Positions 15,826-22,491 of a stretch of DNA of 32,000 bases are shown piece by piece. Positions within the stretch are counted from its first letter, which is position 1. Each line of letters opens with the position of its first letter. The translations under genes and the position numbers were made by a program. This DNA is from Aminipila butyrica (GTDB taxonomy: Bacteria; Bacillota; Clostridia; Peptostreptococcales; Anaerovoracaceae), in NCBI RefSeq assembly GCF_010669305.1, contig NZ_CP048649.1, positions 896,650-928,649 on the forward strand. Direction: 5' to 3'. A model generated the notes under the pieces. It was not told where the DNA came from, did no database searches, and saw only the letters and a list, made by a program, of their open reading frames with translations.

Positions 15826-16047
15826 ATGAGCACAGAATTTTGGACTGGGCTGCTCATCAGCCTGGTGTCTTACGGGGTAACCTTTGGGGCCTTTTACGGT
15901 ACTGTTATGACAAAACTGAATGTCCTGGAAAAGAAGCAGGATATTCATAATGGGCTAATGGAACGGATGGTGGTAGTGGAGCAGTCCACGAAATCCGCTC
16001 ATCATAGAATAGACGAATTTAAGGAGGAACATATCCATGAAAATTAA
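15826..16047 (+). CDS. XhlA-like membrane protein (lysis accessory)
   Basis: 73 aa. One N-terminal TM segment (FWTGLLISLVSYGVTFGAFYGTV) followed by a coiled-coil, as in PBSX XhlA. Confidence 0.55.
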   Translation: MSTEFWTGLLISLVSYGVTFGAFYGTVMTKLNVLEKKQDIHNGLMERMVVVEQSTKSAHHRIDEFKEEHIHEN

Positions 16048-16285
16048 CTGGAAATTGCGATTAAAAAATAAGACTACACTGTTGTCTCTGCTGGCATGCC
16101 TGGCAGCATTTATCTACCAGGTTCTGGGAATCTTGGGCATCACGGCGCCCATCTCAGAAGAGCAAGTGACACAGGTTTTCGGCCTGATTGTTAATCTGCT
16201 GGGGGCTATCGGTATCATGGTGGACCCGACCACCTCCGGGACTGGTGACAGCTCCAGGGCGCTGGAGTATAAAGAACCAAATTAA
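16037..16285 (+). CDS. Holin, phi LC3 / XhlB-like family
   Basis: MKINWKLRLKNKTTLLSLLACLAAFIYQV...IVNLLGAIGIMVDPTTSGTGDSSRALEYKEP closely follows the phage_holin_1 (phi LC3) pattern as I recall it. Confidence 0.75.
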   Translation: MKINWKLRLKNKTTLLSLLACLAAFIYQVLGILGITAPISEEQVTQVFGLIVNLLGAIGIMVDPTTSGTGDSSRALEYKEPN

Positions 16286-16298
16286 AAAAAGTACATGT

Positions 16299-16326
16299 AG
16301 CCGCCTTAGTAGGACGGCTTTTTTAT
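16299..16326 (+). terminator. Intrinsic terminator after the holin
   Basis: AGCCG...CGGCT stem followed by TTTTTTATTT. Confidence 0.55.
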
Positions 16327-16354
16327 TTGTGTAATCGAGCCTTGTCGAAATAAT

Positions 16355-16386
16355 TAACCGCATATAGTGTCAAATAGTGGTACAAT
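16355..16386 (+). promoter_or_regulatory. Extended -10 promoter candidate
   Basis: TGgTACAAT at 16378-16386. The -35 is weak. Confidence 0.35.
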
Positions 16387-16416
16387 ATGGTAAAAGTATA
16401 TTCTAAGGAGGAGATT

Positions 16417-17070
16417 ATGAAAAGGAAATTACTATCAACAATTTTGGCAATTGCAGTCTTTGCAGCTTCCGCTTCTATGGCCTTTGCCGGAAATATAGGA
16501 GTCAACATTAACGGCGTAAAAGTTGATTTTACCAATGACACTGGAGCTGCGTTTGTGGATAATGCAAATCGTACGCAGGTACCACTAAGGGTGACAATGG
16601 AGGGTTACGGATGCCAAGTAAGCTGGGATCAAGAAACTCAAACGGCCATAGTTACAAAGGACAGTAATAAAGTTGAGGTGCCTATTAACCAAAATTACAT
16701 CATAGTTAATGGGAACAAACAGGATATTGATACTGCCGCACAAGTTGTTAACAGCCGTACATATTTACCAATCAGAGCAGTATTAGAGGCTTTCGGAGCT
16801 AGCGTAAGCTGGGACCAGACTGCTCAGACGGTAGTTATAAAAACAAATACTGAAGGTACTGTACCTGCTACCCATGTTGAAAAAAACACCGCTACCCCAT
16901 CGGTAACACAAGCTGAGGCAGCCTATGTTGGCAATAACGGTACAAAAAAATATCATAAATTAGATTGTAGATATGTAAACAGCATCAAGGCAGAGAATGT
17001 AGCTTATTTTAAAACAAAGTTGGATGCAACTGCTGTTGGGTATGAGGCGTGCAAAGTTTGTAATCCGTGA
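16417..17070 (+). CDS. Secreted protein with two copper-amine-oxidase-N-terminal-like (stalk) repeats and a C-terminal His/Cys metal-site-like motif
   Basis: ATG 16417 follows AAGGAGGAG. Signal peptide MKRKLLSTILAIAVFAASASMAFA. Repeats VPLRVTMEGYGCQVSWDQETQTAIV and YLPIRAVLEAFGASVSWDQTAQTVVI. C-terminus YHKLDCRYV...GYEACKVCNP. Confidence 0.65.
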   Translation: MKRKLLSTILAIAVFAASASMAFAGNIGVNINGVKVDFTNDTGAAFVDNANRTQVPLRVTMEGYGCQVSWDQETQTAIVTKDSNKVEVPINQNYIIVNGNKQDIDTAAQVVNSRTYLPIRAVLEAFGASVSWDQTAQTVVIKTNTEGTVPATHVEKNTATPSVTQAEAAYVGNNGTKKYHKLDCRYVNSIKAENVAYFKTKLDATAVGYEACKVCNP

Positions 17071-17186
17071 TTATTTGCATTTGAAAGTATCAAATTATTA
17101 TATTTAGCAATAATGTTCTTGAGTGATATAGAATGTTAGTTTATAATCGTGTTACAAACTGTGCAATCCTCATGCACTAAACTTCA

Positions 17187-17215
17187 AAAATACCGGGCAT
17201 TAAACCCGGTATTTT
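17187..17215. terminator. Perfect 11-bp hairpin, A-tract/T-tract flanked (bidirectional-type terminator) at the prophage/cotJC junction
   Basis: AAAATACCGGG-CATTAAA-CCCGGTATTTT. Confidence 0.7.
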
Positions 17216-17750
17216 GTATTATAGTCAGATGCTGTGTGGAGGACCCGACGGGGAACTAGGAGCCACGCTCAGATACTTATCACAGCGCTATACCATGCCA
17301 TACAAAGAGTGCATCGGTATATTAACCGACATCGGTACAGAGGAAATCGGCCACTTTGAAATGATTGCAACTATCGTACATCAACTGACCAGGGGACTGA
17401 CTATTGAACAGATTAAAGCGGCGGGCTTTGGTGATTACTTTGTAGACCACACTACAGGCATTTATACAGTGTCTGCAGCAGGGGTTCCTTTTGATGCCAC
17501 CTGTTTTGCCTCAAAAGGAGACGCAATCACAGACTTGATGGAAGATATGGCAGCAGAGCAGAAAGCGAGAACTACTTATGACAACATCCTGCGGTTAGCC
17601 GACGACCCGGATGTCATTGAACCAATTAAGTTTTTAAGAGCTCGAGAAGTCGTTCATTTCCAGCGTTTTGGCGAAGCTCTGCGGGTTGTTCAGGATAACT
17701 TGAACAGCCGGAATTTCTATGCCTTCAACCCAGAATTTGATCGCTGCTAA
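17214..17750 (+). pseudogene. cotJC: 5'-truncated CotJC-family manganese catalase (spore coat protein) gene
   Basis: GGPDGELGATLRYLSQRYTMP...LTDIGTEEIGHFEMIATIV...EDMAAEQKARTTY...FLRAREVVHFQRF matches CotJC / Mn-catalase throughout. The roughly 26 N-terminal residues conserved in the family are absent. The track TTG start lies inside the hairpin, there is no RBS, and an in-frame stop sits at 17178-17180. Confidence 0.7.
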
Positions 17751-17770
17751 TAGGCAGCTTGAAACTAGAC

Positions 17771-17806
17771 AAAAAAGAGGAAGCTTGGAGCAGCTTCCTC
17801 TTTTCT
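17771..17806. terminator. Bidirectional terminator between convergent cotJC and the immA-like gene
   Basis: AGAGGAAGCT-TGGAGC-AGCTTCCTCT 10-bp stem, flanked by AAAAAA and TTTTC. Confidence 0.7.
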
Positions 17807-17841
17807 TATAAAATATGTAAAATTTCATTTGTTACCGTGCC

Positions 17842-18270
17842 TCAATCGTCTCTGCGAATGGGAAATTCCATGCCCAATTTTCGTTCATAATGGCTCATGC
17901 TAGCCCGGACAAATTCTTCATCCAGGTCCAGAAACTCCGCCACATCAGAGGGGGTACGGCAGCCAGCGTTAGCGGCTCGTTCAAAATGTTCGAAAGGAAG
18001 GAGCTTATCAATCGCCCAAGCCCGCGCTTTGTGCTCCTGCTTTACGTTTGAGGTATCGCTTTGGTCTAAAATATTTCCCACTGTAGTATAATAGTGGCCC
18101 AATTCCTCGGCTAGAACGCAAAGTTTTTCCCGATTGTTTATCTTATAATTAATAGCAATTTTAGCTCCTTTACACAACCCCTTCGCATTGGAACTAAAAT
18201 GCTTTTCCTGAACCTGAATTCCTGCGAATTCTGCTTCTTTCATTAGATCTTCATATGTCAAAGACATCAA
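17842..18270 (-). CDS. ImmA/IrrE-family (M78-like) putative anti-repressor protease, with the variant motif EELGH
   Basis: 142 aa. LCVLAEELGHYYTTVGNIL aligns to the HExxH region of ImmA-like peptidases, but E replaces the first H. Lies downstream of, and co-oriented with, the XRE repressor. Confidence 0.65.
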   Translation of the reverse strand: MMSLTYEDLMKEAEFAGIQVQEKHFSSNAKGLCKGAKIAINYKINNREKLCVLAEELGHYYTTVGNILDQSDTSNVKQEHKARAWAIDKLLPFEHFERAANAGCRTPSDVAEFLDLDEEFVRASMSHYERKLGMEFPIRRDD

Positions 18271-18292
18271 CCCCTTAAATCATTCATCAACA

Positions 18293-18772
18293 CTATAAAT
18301 CTTCTAAGTCCTGCATCATCAGAGCAATCTGCTCTGGAGACATATCGTCATTGTGAGCGGCAATCGGCATCAGATGATCTACCGCTTTTTCTTCCTTTTC
18401 TAAATCGAGAACTTTTCTCGAATAGGTGACGATTTTTTGCTTCCCATCTGGGGAACATCGGGCATAGGTGCTCAACAAGTCCTTTGCGCCGGCAGATAGT
18501 TTGACCGGTTGCTTAAAGGAAGAAATTCGATCTCTGGGTACATCATAGCCCATGAGCCAAGCTTCATTTACGTTCAGTGCCATGCCCAATACGGCCAGCT
18601 TATCCTGATTGGGCTCCACTTTCCCCGACACATACTGGCTGATATCGGATTTATTCATTTTTACCTTATATTTCTCGCAATAAGGCATGGCCATATTTAA
18701 AATATCGATTTGGCGCAGGTTTCTCTCCTCCATCATCATTTTTAACCGCATAGAAGTATTTTCTTTTTTCAT
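18293..18772 (-). CDS. XRE-family HTH repressor (ImmR/CI-like)
   Basis: Start at MKKENTSMRLKMMMEERNLRQIDILNMA... (the track start at 18814 is trimmed). The HTH runs through SQYVSGKVEPNQDKLAVLGMALNVNEAWLMG. The C-terminal domain has no S24 motifs. Paired with an ImmA-like gene. Confidence 0.8.
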   Translation of the reverse strand: MKKENTSMRLKMMMEERNLRQIDILNMAMPYCEKYKVKMNKSDISQYVSGKVEPNQDKLAVLGMALNVNEAWLMGYDVPRDRISSFKQPVKLSAGAKDLLSTYARCSPDGKQKIVTYSRKVLDLEKEEKAVDHLMPIAAHNDDMSPEQIALMMQDLEDL

Positions 18773-18793
18773 GTTGTCACCGCCTTTAATCAA

Positions 18794-18822
18794 AATATAG
18801 CATATATTGAACAAAAGTTCAA
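18794..18822 (-). promoter_or_regulatory. Repressor promoter candidate (minus strand: TTGAAC, 17 nt, TATATT)
   Basis: On the plus strand, GTTCAA is at 18817-18822 and AATATA at 18794-18799. The -35 lies inside the palindrome 18807-18822. Confidence 0.45.
18807..18822. promoter_or_regulatory. Operator-like perfect palindrome TTGAAC-N4-GTTCAA
   Basis: Read directly from the sequence. Related sites: GTTCAA-N4-TTTAAC at 18896-18911 and GTTCAA-N4-TTGAAC at 19139-19154. Confidence 0.4.
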
Positions 18823-18859
18823 TATAAAAAACAAAAAGTTAAAAAAATTGAATTTTATC

Positions 18860-18888
18860 TTGACAAAAGGATAAGCACCCTGTAAGAT
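18860..18888 (+). promoter_or_regulatory. Rightward (lytic-direction) promoter candidate
   Basis: TTGACA (18860-18865), a 17-nt spacer, then TAAGAT (18883-18888). Confidence 0.55.
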
Positions 18889-18928
18889 AGAGATAGTTCA
18901 AAACATTTAACCGAAGAAGGGAAGTCAT

Positions 18929-19213
18929 TTGGTGTTTGATTACAGGAAATTGAGGAAAGAGATTGCTAACAAGTTTAAGACACAAGCAGCCTTTGCCCAG
19001 GCAATGGAATGGTCGGAAAGAACGTTATCGTTAAAATTAAACGGCAAAAGGTTTTGGAAACAGCCGGAAATATGTAAAGCGATACATATATTAGAAGTAC
19101 CTGCGGAATCCATCCAAGAATATTTTTTTACATATTATGTTCAAAATATTGAACTAAAATCAGAAGTGGAAAAGGATTCCATTCTTGCTTCGGCTAATCA
19201 AGAGGTTCAATAA
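18929..19213 (+). CDS. Cro-like / DUF739-like small HTH regulator
   Basis: FDYRKLRKEIANKFKTQAAFAQAMEWSERTLSLKLNGKRFWKQPEICKAIHILEVPAESIQEYFFT resembles DUF739 phage regulators. The start codon is non-ATG (TTG 18929 or GTG 18932). Divergent from the repressor. Confidence 0.6.
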   Translation: MVFDYRKLRKEIANKFKTQAAFAQAMEWSERTLSLKLNGKRFWKQPEICKAIHILEVPAESIQEYFFTYYVQNIELKSEVEKDSILASANQEVQ

Positions 19214-19326
19214 AACGGCCAAAGATATTTTCTTCTATTTCGCCCTGAGCAAGGCGTTAAAAGGCTTGCTCTATGGCCCAGGATTGGCCCCGATGCAGGG
19301 GTACGTGCAGGAAAGGAGGTGTTTCA

Positions 19327-19758
19327 ATGTTAAATCAAATAATCGAGGGCATAACAGTTCAACTGCAGTCGGCCTTCGGCGAAAACGTGACTGTCTACAG
19401 TGAAGAGAATCAGCAGGAGCTTTTGAAGCCTTGTTTCCTCATTTCCCTGCTTCGTGCAGCCCAGAAGCCTTTTCCGGGAAATCGGTATCACCGGGAGTAT
19501 TCAATGGATATTCAATACTTTCCAGGAGAGGGACAAGCACCAAATCACGATATGAATCAGATCGCTGAAAAGCTTCTAGACGTTCTAGAGTATGTGCAGA
19601 CAGAGGCTGGACAAATCCGTGGCACAAACATGAGCTGTGAGAAGCGTGCCGAAGGTCTCCACTTTTTGGTCAATTATGACCTGTATGTCCGCAAGGAACG
19701 GACAAGAGAGGAGGCGATGGGTGAATTCGTTATTGCAAGCGGGATAAAGGAGGAATAA
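19327..19758 (+). CDS. Tail terminator / sheath-completion-like protein
   Basis: ATG 19327 follows GGAAAGGAGGTG. The pattern MLNQIIEGITVQLQSAFGENVTVYSEE..Q.L.KPCFLI resembles phage tail terminator family proteins found upstream of sheath genes. Confidence 0.5.
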   Translation: MLNQIIEGITVQLQSAFGENVTVYSEENQQELLKPCFLISLLRAAQKPFPGNRYHREYSMDIQYFPGEGQAPNHDMNQIAEKLLDVLEYVQTEAGQIRGTNMSCEKRAEGLHFLVNYDLYVRKERTREEAMGEFVIASGIKEE

Positions 19759-19762
19759 ACCG

Positions 19763-19954
19763 ATGAAAGAAAAAAAGACAGACAAAAGTGCTGGGGATAA
19801 GGCGGCGGCTTTTGCAAAGAATCAGCTCCTAGGTTCAACAAAATATGTCCACAGGCGAGATTTATTAAACGCTTTGCTGAAAGAGGACAAAACGTACACT
19901 TTGGAGCAGGTGGATGGACTGATTCAGAAATTTATGGAAGGAAAGGTGAAATAA
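19763..19954 (+). CDS. Small conserved phage protein preceding the sheath gene
   Basis: 63 aa. RBS AAGGAGGAA. The pattern F.KNQLLGSTKY..RRDLLNALL.EDKTYTLEQV recurs in Firmicute phages, from memory. Confidence 0.45.
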   Translation: MKEKKTDKSAGDKAAAFAKNQLLGSTKYVHRRDLLNALLKEDKTYTLEQVDGLIQKFMEGKVK

Positions 19955-19955
19955 T

Positions 19956-21263
19956 ATGGCGTTAGGCGGAGGAAATTTTACAACTCAAAACAAAGGACTG
20001 CCAGGTGCATACATTAATTTTGTATCAGCAGCCAGAGCAGATGCGCAGCTTTCAGAGCGGGGGTATGTGGCCATGGCCCTAGAACTGGAATGGGGGCCAG
20101 ATGGCGAGGTATTTACGGTAGAAGCCGCAGAAGTGCAGAAGAATGCACAGAAAATTTTTGGTTACGGGTATACCCATGAAAAAATGAAGGGAATCCGAGA
20201 TTTGTTTCGGAATGCCAAAACACTTTATGCGTATCGGCTGAACAGTGGTGTAAAGGCAGAGAATACCTATGCTACGGCCAAATACACAGGGACTCGGGGC
20301 AATGATATTAAAATTGTCATTGCAGCTAATGTGGATGACACCGGAAGCTTTGACGTAAAGACCCTGGTGGATAATGTTCTGGTAGATTCTCAGACGGTAA
20401 GGACTGCTACTGATCTGCTGAGCAATGATTATGTAGACTTTAAAAGTGATGGGACGCTGGAAGCTACCGCAGGAATTGGCTTGACAGGAGGCAGCAACAA
20501 GACGGCCATAACTGGTACCGATTACCAGGGATTCCTAGATAAGATTGAAAGTTACAGCTTCAATACGCTGGGCTGTCTGGCGACAGAAAGTGCGATTTGC
20601 GAGTTATTTACAGCCTTTACCCGTCGTCTCAGAGATGAGAATGGCATGAAGTTCCAGACAGTTCTTTATCGGACTGCTGCTGACTACGAAGGAGTCATCT
20701 CCGTGGAAAATGCGGTGTCAGATTCAGGATGGCCGGCTTCGGCAGCGGTGTATTGGACAGCAGGAGCGGAAGCTGGCTGCGCCATTAATAAGACCAACAC
20801 TAACAAGCTCTACGATGGTGAATTCAGCCTGAATGTAGGCTATAGCCAGATTCAGCTGACGGAAGGTGTAAAAGCTGGGCAATTTATGTTCCACAAAGTG
20901 GGGGACAAGGTTCGGGTGCTAGAAGACCTGAATACCTTTGTCAGCTTTATGGAGGAAAAAAATTCAGATTTTGCCAGCAACCAGACTATACGGGTTCTGG
21001 ATCAGATCGGCAACGATATGGCCGTTTTATTCAACGGCAAGTATTTAGGCAACATTCCCAATGACGAATCAGGACGAATCAGTTTCTGGAATGATATTGT
21101 TAAGCATCACCAGGAACTGCAAAAGCTTCGGGCTATTGAGGAATTTTCAGCCAGTGATGTGGTGGTGGAAAAAGGCCAGGATAGAAAAGCCGTATTTGTT
21201 ACGGACCGAGTAATGCCAACAAACGCCATGACCCAGCTTTATATGGTTACGGTTATTCAGTAG
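19956..21263 (+). CDS. xkdK: Contractile tail sheath protein (XkdK-like)
   Basis: 435 aa. The N-terminus GGGNFTTQNKGLPGAYINFVS is typical of XkdK/sheath proteins. Followed by the tube gene. Confidence 0.9.
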   Translation: MALGGGNFTTQNKGLPGAYINFVSAARADAQLSERGYVAMALELEWGPDGEVFTVEAAEVQKNAQKIFGYGYTHEKMKGIRDLFRNAKTLYAYRLNSGVKAENTYATAKYTGTRGNDIKIVIAANVDDTGSFDVKTLVDNVLVDSQTVRTATDLLSNDYVDFKSDGTLEATAGIGLTGGSNKTAITGTDYQGFLDKIESYSFNTLGCLATESAICELFTAFTRRLRDENGMKFQTVLYRTAADYEGVISVENAVSDSGWPASAAVYWTAGAEAGCAINKTNTNKLYDGEFSLNVGYSQIQLTEGVKAGQFMFHKVGDKVRVLEDLNTFVSFMEEKNSDFASNQTIRVLDQIGNDMAVLFNGKYLGNIPNDESGRISFWNDIVKHHQELQKLRAIEEFSASDVVVEKGQDRKAVFVTDRVMPTNAMTQLYMVTVIQ

Positions 21264-21285
21264 AAATAGAAAGGAAGGATAGTCT

Positions 21286-21762
21286 ATGTTAAATCATCAG
21301 ATCATGAATGCAGAAGATGCAGTAAGCGGCTCCCTGGCGGAGTGCTACATCACTATCGACGGAAACCGATATAACTTCATGCAGTTATATAAGTTTGAAT
21401 CCAAAGTGGAGAAGACCATCTCCGAAGTGCCTATTCTAGGCAGAACCGGTAAGGGCCACAAGGCCACCGGCTGGAAAGGAACTTGGACTGGCACGGCCCA
21501 TTATAATCAGTCTATTATGAGAGAATTACTGCTGACATACAAGGAAAAGGGACTAGATGTACCTTTTGATATCCAGGTTACGAATGAGGATGAGACCTCA
21601 TCCATCGGCAGACAAACTATTATCCATAAGAATTGTCTGACCTCCGGGGGCATCCTGGCTAAATACGATGCCGATGCGGAATACCTGGATGAAGATATCG
21701 AAGGAACCTTTGACGATTTTGAAATGCCAGAAAAGTTCAATTTATTGAACGGCATGCGTTAA
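21286..21762 (+). CDS. xkdM: Tail tube protein (XkdM-like)
   Basis: The signature ECYITIDGNRYNFMQ...EVPILGRTGKGHKATGWKGTWTGTAHYN...DIQVTNEDETSSIGRQT matches the XkdM family. Confidence 0.9.
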   Translation: MLNHQIMNAEDAVSGSLAECYITIDGNRYNFMQLYKFESKVEKTISEVPILGRTGKGHKATGWKGTWTGTAHYNQSIMRELLLTYKEKGLDVPFDIQVTNEDETSSIGRQTIIHKNCLTSGGILAKYDADAEYLDEDIEGTFDDFEMPEKFNLLNGMR

Positions 21763-21888
21763 ATGGGTAAACCATATCTGTGAAATAGAGGATTACATTA
21801 TATAACTTGTCGAGAGCGGACAACGCAAAGGGCGTGTCTCTTTCTGCCCGCTCCGATTTAACCCCCATCAGTAAAGGAGAATATAAAC

Positions 21889-22317
21889 ATGAGTAATTTA
21901 AATGCTTTTTTAAACCAGCACGCAAACCGTCCGCAGCACACAAGCTTTGCTGTTTCCCCACGCTTTGTAGATGAAGAGGGGCAGCCTGTAAAGTGGGAGC
22001 TGCGAAGTCTGACACAAAGTGAAAGCCAAAAACTGAAAAAGGAATGCACAAAAAGAGTTCAGGTACCTGGAAAGAAAGGGATTTTCACTTCGGAAACAGA
22101 CATTGATGATCTGCTTTGCAAGATGGCAGTCGCTTGTACGGTTTTTCCAAATCTGAATGATGTGACGCTGCAAGACAGTTATCAGGTCATGGGAGCAGAA
22201 AATCTTTTGCAGGAGATGCTGCTGCCGGGAGAATATGGCAATTTCATGGAAAAACTCCAGGAGATCAATGGCTTTGATATCTCTATGGAAGATAAGGTAG
22301 AAGAAGCAAAAAACTAA
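21889..22317 (+). CDS. xkdN: Tail assembly chaperone, short form (XkdN-like)
   Basis: 142 aa, between the tube and tape measure genes. XkdN-like pattern (FAVSPRFVDEEGQPVKWELRSLTQSE). Confidence 0.75.
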   Translation: MSNLNAFLNQHANRPQHTSFAVSPRFVDEEGQPVKWELRSLTQSESQKLKKECTKRVQVPGKKGIFTSETDIDDLLCKMAVACTVFPNLNDVTLQDSYQVMGAENLLQEMLLPGEYGNFMEKLQEINGFDISMEDKVEEAKN

Positions 22318-22490
22318 TCAAGGAGGGCGACTATGAGGCCAACATGGCTTATTACGTCCTCCACAAGTTCCACATCCTGCCCGGCGATTTTATGGCCTTG
22401 TCGGATGAAGAGCGAGCTTTTGTCTATGCAGCTATCAACGTCCGCCTGGAAGAAGAAAAGAGACAGGCTGCAAAGATGAAAAAGAAATGA
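21889..22490 (+). CDS. Tail assembly chaperone, long form via -1 frameshift (extension ...KKLIKEGDYEANMAYYVLHKFHILPGDFMALSDEERAFVYAAINVRLEEEKRQAAKMKKK)
   Basis: The -1 frame region 22308-22490 is not in the ORF track (under 60 aa from its ATG 22344). It overlaps the slippery site and ends 1 nt before the TMP start. Confidence 0.55.
22308..22314 (+). promoter_or_regulatory. -1 programmed frameshift heptamer A_AAA_AAC
   Basis: The zero-frame reads GCA AAA AAC TAA. The -1 frame is open from 22296 to TGA 22488-22490. Confidence 0.6.
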
Positions 22491-22491
22491 G

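Larger units (their letters stand above)
1..17215 (+). mobile_element. Siphovirus-type prophage, morphogenesis-to-lysis half (left part lies upstream of the window)
   Basis: Uninterrupted + strand series: portal, protease, capsid, connectors, major tail, G/GT, tape measure, fibre, lysin, holin. No sheath gene. The series ends at a strong hairpin that abuts a truncated host-type cotJC gene. Confidence 0.8.

Noticed and set aside
17071-17186. Looked for a tRNA gene, integrase gene or recognisable att core at the prophage right end
   Set aside because: I could see no cloverleaf-compatible sequence or recombinase ORF. The att core cannot be defined without the left junction, which is outside the window.
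17214-17216. ORF-track TTG start for the cotJC-like gene
   Set aside because: It lies within the 3' arm and T-tract of a terminator hairpin and has no RBS. It also adds residues (MYYS..) that do not match the family N-terminus. It is treated as an ORF-calling artefact of a truncated gene.
19185-19403. ORF 19185..19403 (72 aa) spanning the gap between the Cro-like gene and the tail terminator-like gene
   Set aside because: It overlaps both neighbours and has no RBS. Its translation is unremarkable. The region is better explained as a leader plus the start of the 19327 gene.
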